Source: Candidatus Babeliales bacterium (GTDB taxonomy: Bacteria; Babelota; Babeliae; Babelales; JANWKD01). From it: a stretch of DNA of 64,000 nt. Under the pieces are notes generated by a model, which was given only the letters and a program-made list of their open reading frames with translations, was not told the origin of the DNA and searched no databases. The stretch lies in the NCBI GenBank assembly GCA_963762115.1, contig CAVXJH010000005.1, positions 32,001 through 96,000 on the forward strand, written 5' to 3'. The position numbers and the translations under genes are program-made. Shown in pieces: positions 8,225 to 19,021 of the stretch. How positions within the stretch are numbered: the first letter of the stretch is position 1; each line of letters starts with the position of its first letter.

Positions 8225-9414
8225 TCTTTTAGATTCTTTATCAACTCACCAGCTTCATGCCACGGCACAAGATTTCCCTGTTGCCCGGAAAATGACATAG
8301 TGCCTCCATACACAACATAATTATTTTTTTCTGATTGATCAGCTAAGGTAACCCACTTATTCAATGAATTAAAAAAATGTGGGGTAAATGTTTCTGCTGA
8401 TTTAATTTCAATAGGAATGAATGACGAATCCTTATTAATAAGACAATCAACTTCAACATCACCATTTTTATCACGCCAAAAATAGCATGGTGCTGGTAAT
8501 CCTTGATTAAAATATTGTTTATAAAAATCAGCAACAATAAGATTTTCAAAAAGATTTCCATATAAAGGATTCAGTGCCAAACTTTTTTCTGAACTAATTT
8601 CCAACACAGAACAAGCAACGCCCATATCATAAAAATAAAGTTTCGGTGTTTTTGTTATGCGTTTATTAAAATTATTCCAATGCGGCCGCAATAAAAAGAT
8701 AATGTAACTCGCTTCAAGCACCGCCAACCATTGATGCACCGTCGGCACACTAATGCCACAATTGGCTGCAATATCAGAATAGTTAAGCAGTTGTCCTATT
8801 CGCGCAGCACACAGTTTTATACACTTTTGAAAGGTGCTCAAGTTAGTAACATTAATAAGTTGTCGCACATCACGCTCCAAATATGTTTGAATATAAGAAG
8901 GATACACTTCTTGCGGCTCAAAAGTATCAATATAAACACGTGGATAACCGCCGCGAAATATAGTTTTTTCCGGATGCGCAACATCAATAAGCTTATTTTT
9001 TGTCAGTTCATGTAATGAAAAAGGTAATAATGTTAAAATACCGACCCTACCGGCCAACGATTCAGTAATAGCTTCATTCATTAAAAAATTTTGTGAGCCT
9101 GTTAACACAAAATAACCCGGCCTATTTTTTTCATCGACGATCACTTTTATATAGGATAATAATTCAGGAAAATTTTGAAATTCATCAATAATAATACCAT
9201 GCTCATTTTCATATTTGCGCAATATTCCTTTTGGATCATTTTTAATAAGATTCAACAATTCAAGATCATCCAAATTTAAAAACACATGATTCTTAAAAGC
9301 ATGTTTTGACAACGTTGTCTTGCCCGATTGCCGCGGACCCAAAAGTGCTATTACGGGAAATTTACTAAATTCCTTAAGTTTTTTTTCTAAATCTCTTTGA
9401 TAAAACATAAACAC
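8221..9414 (-). CDS. AAA+ ATPase with DUF4143 domain
   Basis: GPRQSGKT Walker A, IIDEFQ Walker B, LTGSQ, ESLAGR, PKLYFYD.G, EVD...IEIK. Confidence 0.92.
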   Translation of the reverse strand: MFMFYQRDLEKKLKEFSKFPVIALLGPRQSGKTTLSKHAFKNHVFLNLDDLELLNLIKNDPKGILRKYENEHGIIIDEFQNFPELLSYIKVIVDEKNRPGYFVLTGSQNFLMNEAITESLAGRVGILTLLPFSLHELTKNKLIDVAHPEKTIFRGGYPRVYIDTFEPQEVYPSYIQTYLERDVRQLINVTNLSTFQKCIKLCAARIGQLLNYSDIAANCGISVPTVHQWLAVLEASYIIFLLRPHWNNFNKRITKTPKLYFYDMGVACSVLEISSEKSLALNPLYGNLFENLIVADFYKQYFNQGLPAPCYFWRDKNGDVEVDCLINKDSSFIPIEIKSAETFTPHFFNSLNKWVTLADQSEKNNYVVYGGTMSFSGQQGNLVPWHEAGELIKNLKD

Positions 9415-9421
9415 CTCTTTT

Positions 9422-9459
9422 TCCTGCTAATCATAAAGTCCTATTATAGATTAGCAGGA
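9422..9459 (-). promoter_or_regulatory. operator-like inverted repeat around the -10 box of the ATPase gene
   Basis: TCCTGCTAATC-N16-GATTAGCAGGA with TATAAT (minus strand, 9443-9448) in the spacer. Confidence 0.6.
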
Positions 9460-9599
9460 TTTTAGATAAAAATACTAGAGAAAAAAGAACGAAAATCATT
9501 ATTATGTTAAAAAATCGGGTATTTGTGGGTATAATTGGATATAATTGGGTATAAATATGGGTATTTTAACCAGCCATAAAAAATAACGAATCATACACT

Positions 9600-10343
9600 A
9601 TGAACAAAAAAAACACCTTATCAGCTTACGGCAATCTTTGCAGCCTCTTTTATGATGCCACCAAAAAATTTGCCCCAGAAAAAGAAATCGATTTTTACAC
9701 GGCATTTCTAAAAAATAAAAATGGCAGAATATTGGAAGCCATGTGCGGCTCAGGACGCGTTTTAATTCCTCTTGTGCAACGTGGTTATACAGTTGACGGT
9801 GTTGATAATTCTCCCATCATGCTTGAGCGTTGCCGTGAGCGGTGCGCCACCTTAAAAATAACGCCTGAACTGTATGAGCAATCACTTGAAGATCTAACGT
9901 TACCGCACAAATATGATGCCGTCACTATCGCCGTTGGTTCATTTCAGCTTATTACCGATCGAGCGTGCGCACTCAAAAGCCTCCAAAATTTACGTGCTCA
10001 TATGCATGAGCATGGTGACCTTCTCATTGACATCTTTGAACCTGCAATCAATGAAGAACCTTCAATAAGAACAGCAAAAATTGATCAAACCACCGAAATT
10101 CGCCTCACCACTCGTTATGTATTCTCTCCTGAAGAAAAGCTCGCCGATGCTTTTTGTCTGTATGAACTTTTAATTAATGGTAAATGCACGCAACAGGAAC
10201 AAGAACTCATTCAGGTTACCTGGTACTCTGATGCCGAACTCACCGAGCTTTTGCAAAAAGCTGGCTTTGAGATTGCCGCCTTCCATGAAGCATCCCTACG
10301 AAGCAGCGGCCCTTCGCGCATTGTCCACGCACGAGCAATCTAA
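9600..10343 (+). CDS. class I SAM-dependent methyltransferase
   Basis: ILEAMCGSGR and GVDNSPIML motifs. Confidence 0.9.
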   Translation: MNKKNTLSAYGNLCSLFYDATKKFAPEKEIDFYTAFLKNKNGRILEAMCGSGRVLIPLVQRGYTVDGVDNSPIMLERCRERCATLKITPELYEQSLEDLTLPHKYDAVTIAVGSFQLITDRACALKSLQNLRAHMHEHGDLLIDIFEPAINEEPSIRTAKIDQTTEIRLTTRYVFSPEEKLADAFCLYELLINGKCTQQEQELIQVTWYSDAELTELLQKAGFEIAAFHEASLRSSGPSRIVHARAI

Positions 10344-10469
10344 AAGGTATAAACTTTAATTGCTTATAGCAATTAATCACTTGTAAAAATAGAAATTGTC
10401 TGCTTTTAAATAATATGTTATTCTCAAAGAACGTAATTTTACCATTTTTAATAGATAAAGGATTTACCA

Positions 10470-10970
10470 ATGGATTTTAAACAAGAACTTTTTGGCGTTA
10501 TCAACGATTTCAAACAAAATGTCATCACCATTGACTGGGAAGCGGTATGGAATGATGAAGAAAAATTCGATGCATTATTAGAAGCTCTTGATGCTTTGAT
10601 TAACAGCATTGCGCTTCTTTCTAACTTTGACCATTCAAAAAGAGCAGCTCTTGTTGCGCAATTAGCAATTGGTCGTGCACAACTTACCGATTGTTTTGGC
10701 GATGAAGATCGTTACAATTATTTTCAAGCAACAACACAAGCTTTAGAACATGCTATGCGCGATACCATTACTTCTTCAGATTGGTTACAAAAAGCACAAA
10801 GCAGCTTTGATGAATATTTGATTTTTGAAGATACTGTTACTGAAGATACAGAAATCACCCGTGATCAGATTGATCATTATCGTCCTGTGATGACCGCTTT
10901 AGCACTCATGAACATTATCACTATTGATCAAGAAGAAGAGTGTGATGATGAAGAATGTGATGACGAGTAA
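10470..10970 (+). CDS. acidic hypothetical protein
   Basis: 166-aa ORF with AAGGA RBS and acidic tail. Confidence 0.7.
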   Translation: MDFKQELFGVINDFKQNVITIDWEAVWNDEEKFDALLEALDALINSIALLSNFDHSKRAALVAQLAIGRAQLTDCFGDEDRYNYFQATTQALEHAMRDTITSSDWLQKAQSSFDEYLIFEDTVTEDTEITRDQIDHYRPVMTALALMNIITIDQEEECDDEECDDE

Positions 10971-10984
10971 GGCATAAAAAAATC

Positions 10985-11026
10985 AGGCAAAAAAGAGTTT
11001 TTTTAATTAAAAACTCTTTTTTGCCT
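10985..11026. terminator. bidirectional terminator
   Basis: AGGCAAAAAAGAGTTTTT/AAAAACTCTTTTTTGCCT between convergent genes. Confidence 0.75.
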
Positions 11027-11077
11027 TTGAAAGTCTTAAGTTACCCTCGTGCTCTTATGTATATTTTAAAAAAATTA

Positions 11078-13042
11078 TTATTTTCCAAGCCAAGGATTTT
11101 CCTTATAAGCTTCTGCAACACCACCGCCTGTTGGTTGTCCAGCAACTTGATCAACAAGAGCTTTAAGTTTTTCTACTACCTTTTGTGCTATCTCAAACTC
11201 TCCACTTGTGAGAATACTACCAACCCTTTTTCCATATACAGTTCCCTGCATTTTCTCATTCCATGATTTGATTTTTTCAATAAAATCATCAAGATAAACA
11301 TACATATCTTCTAGCTTTCGTTTATCAAAAGCCTGTGCATTATTAATGTGTCGTAACACTAACTCTAATTTACCGGTTTGTATATCAAATTGAGTATGAA
11401 CAACACCGGATATTCCTTGAAAAAAAGTTTTTATAGGCTTAAAATACTCTTCTTTAAAAGCTTGACCATTATTAAAAGCTTGCGCGAATGCTTCGAAAGC
11501 AGGTTTAAATCCTGTTTCAATTTCTTCTTCTAAAATATCATAATAGGTAACTGCATCTTTTGCAGCTTCAATTTCTTTTTCAGTTGGTTGGCCACCGGCA
11601 ACTCCACTTGCTGCGCCCGACACTTTGTTTAATTCGACAATTACAGTTCTTAAATTTTTTACCAAATCTCCATTGCCAATTATGTCTTTTACAGCATTTG
11701 ATTGCATAATATATTCATTAAAATATTTGGGGGCTAAACCAACAGTAGGTGTTTTTCGATACTCTTCCATGATACCAACTCTAGCTTGAGGATAATTAAC
11801 TTTAATAAATTGGTCTACTTTTTGAATATACACACCGAAATTCAAAAATCCCTGTAAAATTTTATTTAAATACTCACTAACCAATTTTGCTTCTTGTCCT
11901 TCAACCTCATCAAATCCGGCAAATTCCATATCTCCTATTTTTCCATTGATATCACCTTCAAAGTTTTGAAGATTATTAAATTGCATCCTAAGGTTGCGAA
12001 ATGCTTCTACAACAGCATTAATATCAGCATTTTTTGCTAACAGGTCAATAAAAGTTGGCATCAGTTTGGCTGAAATTAATTCCATTGCCTCTTTTACTGG
12101 CGTAAAATTGCTATCAATGTTAATAATATCTTGACTCAATTTTGGCATATCATCAGGAATAGTAAAAAATGGAATCTTTGGCATTGCAAGAGTAAACGGT
12201 ATGCCAGTCCCCTGTTGTTTACCAGCGGCCGCACCGCCTGCAGCTCCACCCGTTGGTTTTATTTTTGAATGACGCATAAATCGATCTTGAGCCCTTTTAA
12301 ATTCCTCATATATTCCATTTTGATCAGTTGGGTTTAAAGAGGCAAAAGCATCATTCATTAGTATTGCATTATAAAAATGATATTGTACATTAGCTTCTTC
12401 TTGAAATGCACCTTTATAAGTCAATCTAATTTGCTGCCATGCATTTTCATTTTGATTATAAATGTTATCAACATACGTATAAAATTGATTAATACCTTGC
12501 ATGATCTCATACAAAAATTGAGCTATCAAGCCTGCATCAACAGGCGCAATAGCATTCAATTTCCCATCAATTTCCTGTAAGAGTTTTGTTAATTCTGCTT
12601 CTGGTGCGGCCATCTTATTAAGATCCACTACAAGAACATCTAAAACCTGTGATCTATCATGAATACCAGGTTGTATATAATCTACCAAAGTAAAAATAAA
12701 ATGATTCATAGCGTTTGCCAAATCATTAAACTGCACTTTTATGTTTCTAAGCAAATCGTTTAAACCTGCATCTGATGTTTTTGGAAATTGAAAATTTGTT
12801 TCTATTTTAGGTGCTGGAATAACTTTCCCTCCACCGGCACCGACATGGCTTGGTGTTGGTTCTGGCAATGGTAGTAAAGTGCCGCCGGTTGAAGGCTTCA
12901 ATACACCGGGCTTTTGCAAGGCATCTCCCAAAGCAGTTAAATGCTGCTGCAAGCTAACTAATTCGCGTTGCAAATCTGCCCGTATTGATACAACATTCGC
13001 TACCATCAAACAAAATAATAAACCACGAAAAACTATCTTCAT
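11078..13042 (-). CDS. secreted helical protein with duplicated domain and Gly/Ala linkers
   Basis: Signal peptide, Pro-rich linker, two similar ~180-aa helical units. Confidence 0.8.
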   Translation of the reverse strand: MKIVFRGLLFCLMVANVVSIRADLQRELVSLQQHLTALGDALQKPGVLKPSTGGTLLPLPEPTPSHVGAGGGKVIPAPKIETNFQFPKTSDAGLNDLLRNIKVQFNDLANAMNHFIFTLVDYIQPGIHDRSQVLDVLVVDLNKMAAPEAELTKLLQEIDGKLNAIAPVDAGLIAQFLYEIMQGINQFYTYVDNIYNQNENAWQQIRLTYKGAFQEEANVQYHFYNAILMNDAFASLNPTDQNGIYEEFKRAQDRFMRHSKIKPTGGAAGGAAAGKQQGTGIPFTLAMPKIPFFTIPDDMPKLSQDIINIDSNFTPVKEAMELISAKLMPTFIDLLAKNADINAVVEAFRNLRMQFNNLQNFEGDINGKIGDMEFAGFDEVEGQEAKLVSEYLNKILQGFLNFGVYIQKVDQFIKVNYPQARVGIMEEYRKTPTVGLAPKYFNEYIMQSNAVKDIIGNGDLVKNLRTVIVELNKVSGAASGVAGGQPTEKEIEAAKDAVTYYDILEEEIETGFKPAFEAFAQAFNNGQAFKEEYFKPIKTFFQGISGVVHTQFDIQTGKLELVLRHINNAQAFDKRKLEDMYVYLDDFIEKIKSWNEKMQGTVYGKRVGSILTSGEFEIAQKVVEKLKALVDQVAGQPTGGGVAEAYKENPWLGK

Positions 13043-13103
13043 TTCTCTCCTTTTTTTCTTAGAAAAACTTTTTTAACAGCGTAAAAAATCTAACCATCTC
13101 AAA

Positions 13104-13805
13104 TCAAGAATACGCAATGCGTTTAAAATACGATCGCATCATCATAAAATACCACAGTGCTGAAAGCAAAGCGCCCAAATGTGTTAAACAATACAGATAA
13201 AAGCTTATCTTACTTAATTGCTTAAACACAATGGTTGCCTCTTGTAATAAGGTAATTTTGCCAACCAATGATGAAAAGAGAGGAGTGCGTTTTAAAAGTT
13301 TTTTGAATATAGTAAGCGGCGTTACTTTCTCAGCTATTTCAGAAGAAACAGGTTGCTCGGTCAACTGTTTGAGCCGAGGAATATATTTTATGGCAACAAC
13401 GGCCATGCAGCCAAAAAATAACAATCCCGTTACGGTGATAATGCGCATGGTGAGTGGCCAATTGAGACAAATAAAACGCATAACAAAAGCACGATTGTCA
13501 CCATGAACATTGGTTTTATAACACCAAAGAATGCCAAACACAACAATGATAACCATCAAAAGGGAAAACCATACATGCCATACATCAAAAACATGGATCG
13601 TTAAGGGCAATGGCGCCGTCTCAGACTCCAAATAGTGTTTAATAAAGCCAAAGGTGTGATAATACAACGTACACAAAAAGTTAAACACCGAACAACCAAG
13701 CAGCAACAAAGCAATCATGCCAATAAAATACATAACAACATGCCCAGAATGTATTTCATCTTTTCTTAACGCCTGCACCATCTTATCAACGGACCATACT
13801 ATCAT
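13104..13805 (-). CDS. hypothetical membrane protein
   Basis: Several hydrophobic segments; AGGGG RBS. Confidence 0.7.
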   Translation of the reverse strand: MIVWSVDKMVQALRKDEIHSGHVVMYFIGMIALLLLGCSVFNFLCTLYYHTFGFIKHYLESETAPLPLTIHVFDVWHVWFSLLMVIIVVFGILWCYKTNVHGDNRAFVMRFICLNWPLTMRIITVTGLLFFGCMAVVAIKYIPRLKQLTEQPVSSEIAEKVTPLTIFKKLLKRTPLFSSLVGKITLLQEATIVFKQLSKISFYLYCLTHLGALLSALWYFMMMRSYFKRIAYS

Positions 13806-13828
13806 ACCGCTACCCCTTATAATGAGTT

Positions 13829-14710
13829 TTATATCTTTTCAAAACCTTTTTTAATATCTTCTGCGGTGAAAACGTTCATAGGCTGCTTAAGACAATAGCG
13901 ATACACCGACACATAAAAAAGACCTTCTGCCATAAGCACAAGCGTCAGAATGAGACCCAAGATGAAAAAAATCACGGCAACGCCGACAGCTTCATTCCAC
14001 ACATAACTGACAACCGTTTCAGTGCTATAACACAGTGCCACTGTTACCATAATAAACAATTCAGTAAACACAAAAGTCGCATATACTTCTGAACCGAATG
14101 TTTCTTTCATATGACGTTCAGAATCATGGATCATTTCTTTCATTGAACGATCTTCAACGGCAATAAGAGGGACCATCAACGTGGTGACTTCAGCCCACTT
14201 ATCAGATTTTGCTTGGATCAAAAAATCAGCTATGCCAAATTCTTGAGCGCGTTTTTTAATAAATTGTTTAAGTGGCGTTTCACCACCAAGAATTACTATT
14301 GTTTTTGCCCACGCATATTCAAGGATAGTGCTCACATGCTTTAAGGCATAAGAAATACTTTGAAACACGGTTGAGCTTTTGGCTGATGTGGCAGTTAACA
14401 GATAATGTGCTGTGCTCACTTGCATCATGAGCATGTTAATCATAATTAAAAAATAAAGAGGAGCGAGTAAAAATAGGATGAAGAAACTTAATTCCCATAA
14501 TGAAATAAGACCCCACAATTCTAAGGTGTCAGCATTAAAAACATGAATACCGTAACGAAGATAGACGATAACCCACACTATAATTTCGATCAAACAGAAA
14601 ATTAAAAGACTCACCAGAGGGAACATAAAAAGCGTTGGTTGTTGCAAGCAAACCAAAAAGCTCTTTTTTAACAATTGAACGGTATACCACAATGATTGCA
14701 CCATGCCCAT
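13829..14710 (-). CDS. hypothetical membrane protein (DUF6159-like)
   Basis: Multiple TM segments; LLKKSF...PTLFMFP and W...T.LMVPLIA.ED pattern. Confidence 0.6.
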   Translation of the reverse strand: MGMVQSLWYTVQLLKKSFLVCLQQPTLFMFPLVSLLIFCLIEIIVWVIVYLRYGIHVFNADTLELWGLISLWELSFFILFLLAPLYFLIMINMLMMQVSTAHYLLTATSAKSSTVFQSISYALKHVSTILEYAWAKTIVILGGETPLKQFIKKRAQEFGIADFLIQAKSDKWAEVTTLMVPLIAVEDRSMKEMIHDSERHMKETFGSEVYATFVFTELFIMVTVALCYSTETVVSYVWNEAVGVAVIFFILGLILTLVLMAEGLFYVSVYRYCLKQPMNVFTAEDIKKGFEKI

Positions 14711-14780
14711 ACTCTACTCTCCTTTTTTGCAGATTTAGTATGAGCATAAAAAAATGCCGAAGGGCAATGCTAGATTTTAT

Positions 14781-15413
14781 TTATAAATCTTTTTTTTCTA
14801 AAAAAGAAACGACAAATTGACTCCAAGATTCAAGTGAATCACCCAATGCTTTACAGTCTTCTAGCGGAACTAATTGACCACTTTTAAGCTCTTCGTTGAC
14901 AGAAATAGTTGGCGTGGAACCCTTAATTAAAAACACAAAACCAATATGCACTTGTCCAACCGGATTGGAATCATCATTGATCACACCCAGCGGTTGAATG
15001 GTAAAATCATCATGATAGTTAACTTCTTCATGAAACTCTCGACGCGCCCATTCAAAGATAGAATTATGCTCCATATCTTCTTCTCGAATGTGACCGCCAA
15101 TACCCAACGTGAATTTATTATGCAACCTTTTCTCGCCTGACACATTAGTGCGTTGCATGAGAAAATAGGTATCATTATGTGCAAAAATAAGATACGGAAT
15201 AATTTGTTTATACGCAGGATCAACTTCCATATGCGTACGGGGTAAAAACTGTTTTTTTTCTTGTATTAATGAAAGATACGCATCGAAATCTACTTCTTTA
15301 AGTCCTGTCCAAGCTGGTTGCGCTTGAGAAAAAAGATAGTCCCGTTTGACGACCAATATCATTTCATCATTGACGCTCATATGAGGTGCGGTAGTTTTTT
15401 GAATTTGTGTCAT
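14781..15413 (-). CDS. NUDIX-family phosphoesterase (YmaB-like)
   Basis: EVDPAYKQIIPY, GEKRLH..TLGIGGH, REFHEE, VGQVHIG. Confidence 0.88.
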   Translation of the reverse strand: MTQIQKTTAPHMSVNDEMILVVKRDYLFSQAQPAWTGLKEVDFDAYLSLIQEKKQFLPRTHMEVDPAYKQIIPYLIFAHNDTYFLMQRTNVSGEKRLHNKFTLGIGGHIREEDMEHNSIFEWARREFHEEVNYHDDFTIQPLGVINDDSNPVGQVHIGFVFLIKGSTPTISVNEELKSGQLVPLEDCKALGDSLESWSQFVVSFLEKKDL

Positions 15414-15495
15414 AAGATTCTTACCTCTTTGCAAAATGGTGAACAGTATAATCTCTTTAAGTTTGTCATTTTAGAGAAATTACTGCAAATGATTT

Positions 15496-15882
15496 TTATT
15501 GCGCCAATAATCCAGCTTTTTCCATTTTCTCTTTTAATTCTTCAGCTGTCATTGTTGCAACATCACGCACTTCAGGTTGCTCTTGGCGATTTAAATATTC
15601 TTCTTGGCAAGGACCTTGTACAAGATATCCTTTTTGAACCCATTCAGCCATACCACCCTCATAAGCCCAAACATTGCTAAATCCTAAATCATATACAATA
15701 TGCCACGCCTTATGACTGATTGGGCAATGATATGAACCACAATACACAACAATATGCGTCTCTTTATCAACTTTTTTTAAATAATTTTCTAATTCATCCA
15801 AAGGAGCATTAACTGAACCTAAAATATGACAATCTTTATAATAATTTTTTTTTAATGCGTTAATCACCAATAATTTTTGCAT
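15496..15882 (-). CDS. rhodanese-like domain protein
   Basis: HILGSVNAP, IVVYC, YEGGMAEW. Confidence 0.88.
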   Translation of the reverse strand: MQKLLVINALKKNYYKDCHILGSVNAPLDELENYLKKVDKETHIVVYCGSYHCPISHKAWHIVYDLGFSNVWAYEGGMAEWVQKGYLVQGPCQEEYLNRQEQPEVRDVATMTAEELKEKMEKAGLLAQ

Positions 15883-16069
15883 ACAATGCTCTCTTTTTTT
15901 CTAAAATTACCCTATAACTTCTTCTTTTATGTTCTATACCAAGAAATAGATCTTAGATGCAAATCTATTTTTAAATTCACCATTATAAGGCCATAACTCC
16001 CATTTTTAATAATAAACAGTATATGGTACAATCAAAGCAGAAAATACTCATGAACTAAAGGAATATCAG

Positions 16070-18514
16070 ATGAGTTACCCTTTTAAAGATGTAGAAAAAA
16101 AATGGCAGCACTATTGGGCTGATCACAAAATCGGAGAAGCAAAACCAACCGGCAATGGAAAAAAATATTATTGCTTAGATATGTTTCCTTACCCTTCTGG
16201 ATCAGGATTACATGTTGGTCATTGGCGTGGTTATGTTTTATCGGATGTATATGCACGCATTAAATCATTACAAGGATACAACGTTTTACATCCTATGGGA
16301 TGGGATGCTTTCGGCTTGCCGGCAGAAAATGACGCTATAAAAAAAGGCATTTTGCCGCAAGATAGTACCGCAAAAAACATTGCACATTTCAAACAACAAC
16401 TACAAGAAGTTGGTGCGTTATATGATTGGTCAAAAGAAGTAAATACAACTGACCCTGATTATTATAAATGGACGCAATGGATTTTTTTACAAATGTATAA
16501 AGCTGGTTTGGCTTATCAATCTAATATGCCAATCAATTGGTGCCCCGTAGATAAAACAGGACTTGCCAATGAGGAAGTCATTGATGGTTGTTGTGAACGA
16601 TGCGGCGCGCAGGTTGAACAAAAAAAAATTCCACAATGGGTATTACGTATCACCAACTACGCACAAAAGCTACTTGATGGTCTTGATACGCTTGAATGGC
16701 CAGAAAAAGTAAAATCAATGCAAAGAAATTGGATTGGCAGGAGTGAAGGGTTAATCTTTACTGCTCCGATAAAGGGTACCAATCTCACTTTGCAAACATA
16801 TTCTGCTCACTTTGAAAGTTGTTATGCCGACACTTTTGTTGTTATTGCTCCTGATCACCCATTTTTAAAAACGTTACTTGAAGATGTTCCCAACAAACAA
16901 GAAATTCTTGATTATTGCCACGCTATTATAAAAAAGAGAAGTGAAGATCGTGATCTTTCAGAACCCGAAGGAATTTTCACCGGGAAATACATTATTGATC
17001 CTTTAGGCAATGGCGATCTTCCTATTTGGGTTGCAAGTTTTGCTCTGGCAGATTATGGAACGGGTATCGTTAAATGCTCTGCACATGATGAGCGTGATTT
17101 TGCTTTTGCAAAAAAATATCACATTCCACTCAAAGCCGTTTTATTACCGGCATATGATAAAGAACTACAAGAAAAAGTAAAAAAATTCGAACTATGTTTT
17201 CACAATGCACAAGAAGGTATCTTAACCGAACCATCACCATTTGCAGGAAAAATTGCTGCTGACGTTCGTGAACAATTGGCCGATTATTTGGTAGAAAAAA
17301 AATTCGCCGAACGAAAAATTAACTACAAACTGCGTGATTGGATCTTCTCTCGTCAACGCTATTGGGGTGAGCCAATTCCGTTAATTCATTGTGAGCAGTG
17401 CGGCATTGTGCCCGTGCCAGAAGATCAATTGCCCGTCACGTTACCAGCAGTTGAAGAATATCATCCAACAGGAACGGGCGAATCGCCGTTAGCCGCCATC
17501 ACTGATTGGGTCAATACAAAATGCCCACAATGCAACGGCCCTGCAAAACGTGAAACCAACACCATGCCTCAATGGGCTGGATCATGTTGGTATTTCTTGC
17601 GCTACCCAAATCCACAATTGCAAACAGAAGCATTCTCTCAAAAAGATATGCAGTATTGGTTGCCTGTTGATTTATATGTTGGCGGTGTTGAGCATGCTAT
17701 TTTGCATTTATTATATGCACGTTTTTATGTCAAAGTGCTCCATGATCTTGGTTTTTTGAAATTTAATGAACCATTCACGCACCTCTTCAATCAAGGCATG
17801 GTAAACAAATTTTCAGAATTATCCGGTGCTGTTGAAAAAATGTCCAAATCAAAAGGAAATGTCGTAAATCCTGATGAAATTGTGCAACAATATGGTTCTG
17901 ATGTATTACGCATGTATATATTGTTCATGGGCCCGCCTGAACTTGATTGCGTTTGGCAAGACAATGGTCTTGAAGGCATAAAAAGATTTTTGAATAAATT
18001 ATGGGATTATTTGGTGCAACCAACCACCATTCTGCCTGAAGGTCAACAAGAAACAAAAGAAGTCACGCAAAGATTTCATCAATTTTTAAAAGCATGGCAA
18101 GAACGACTTGATCTTTTTAAACCAAACACCGCTTTATCTGCTGCTATGGAATGGCTTAATGATGCAATCGCACACAATATGCAATTCAATAAAAATACGA
18201 TAGAACAACTTTTAGTTGCTCTATCAACGATGGCGCCTCATTTTAGCAGTGAATTGTTAGTCATGTTGGTGAATAAAAAATTGCAAGATTGCCAATGGCA
18301 AACTTATAATGCTGCGCTTGCACAAGAAGAAATGGTTATTATTGTTGTACAAATAAATGGTAAAATGCGTGCCAATCTTACTATACGACGAGATACTGAA
18401 CAAAAAATTGTTGAAGGTGAAGCTGAACAACTTGCATTCAAATGGCTTGAAGGGAAAGATATCAAAAAGATAATCTATGTTCCCAATCGTTTGGTTAATT
18501 TTGTGGTGCAATAA
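16070..18514 (+). CDS. leuS: leucine--tRNA ligase
   Basis: [49 protein letters not shown]. Confidence 0.98.
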   Translation: MSYPFKDVEKKWQHYWADHKIGEAKPTGNGKKYYCLDMFPYPSGSGLHVGHWRGYVLSDVYARIKSLQGYNVLHPMGWDAFGLPAENDAIKKGILPQDSTAKNIAHFKQQLQEVGALYDWSKEVNTTDPDYYKWTQWIFLQMYKAGLAYQSNMPINWCPVDKTGLANEEVIDGCCERCGAQVEQKKIPQWVLRITNYAQKLLDGLDTLEWPEKVKSMQRNWIGRSEGLIFTAPIKGTNLTLQTYSAHFESCYADTFVVIAPDHPFLKTLLEDVPNKQEILDYCHAIIKKRSEDRDLSEPEGIFTGKYIIDPLGNGDLPIWVASFALADYGTGIVKCSAHDERDFAFAKKYHIPLKAVLLPAYDKELQEKVKKFELCFHNAQEGILTEPSPFAGKIAADVREQLADYLVEKKFAERKINYKLRDWIFSRQRYWGEPIPLIHCEQCGIVPVPEDQLPVTLPAVEEYHPTGTGESPLAAITDWVNTKCPQCNGPAKRETNTMPQWAGSCWYFLRYPNPQLQTEAFSQKDMQYWLPVDLYVGGVEHAILHLLYARFYVKVLHDLGFLKFNEPFTHLFNQGMVNKFSELSGAVEKMSKSKGNVVNPDEIVQQYGSDVLRMYILFMGPPELDCVWQDNGLEGIKRFLNKLWDYLVQPTTILPEGQQETKEVTQRFHQFLKAWQERLDLFKPNTALSAAMEWLNDAIAHNMQFNKNTIEQLLVALSTMAPHFSSELLVMLVNKKLQDCQWQTYNAALAQEEMVIIVVQINGKMRANLTIRRDTEQKIVEGEAEQLAFKWLEGKDIKKIIYVPNRLVNFVVQ

Positions 18515-18523
18515 CATTCTTTA

Positions 18524-18550
18524 TGAGGTGAGCATGCTGCGCTCACCTCA
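18524..18550. terminator. hairpin between convergent genes
   Basis: TGAGGTGAGC-N7-GCTCACCTCA. Confidence 0.7.
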
Positions 18551-18551
18551 C

Positions 18552-18965
18552 TTAACTAATAATACAACGTTTTTTTTTAGATTTTTTATGCATTACCGCA
18601 ATAGAAACATCTGCAATAACTTTACCACCTCGATCATAGATCTTGCCATCACGCAAATAACGAGTAGGACGACTTCTTTGCAAAAAATCATATAATTGAG
18701 TGAAATCATTTTCATAAAAACTACCATCGTCAAAATACGTTATAGCTTTATGCGTGGTGCCATCAAATTTTCCGCGTAATTTTCCATCTTCATTAACGTA
18801 GACCGTCACTTTTCTTTGTTCGCTTGCCTTATTCATACGGTCAACACAAATAGTTTTATCAGAACGCCATTGCTTACATAATCTTTCACGCATGTCGTCC
18901 ATGCCAAACATTGAACCTACACTGAAAAAAATCACTATAAAAAAGAAATTTTTATAGCTCTTCAT
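18552..18965 (-). CDS. secreted protein with polybasic CaaX C-terminus
   Basis: Signal peptide; ends KKSKKKRCIIS. Confidence 0.8.
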   Translation of the reverse strand: MKSYKNFFFIVIFFSVGSMFGMDDMRERLCKQWRSDKTICVDRMNKASEQRKVTVYVNEDGKLRGKFDGTTHKAITYFDDGSFYENDFTQLYDFLQRSRPTRYLRDGKIYDRGGKVIADVSIAVMHKKSKKKRCIIS

Positions 18966-19021
18966 AGCATAACTCCCAAAAAAATAATGGTTTTTATTGT
19001 TCCATTCATACTAAAAAGATT

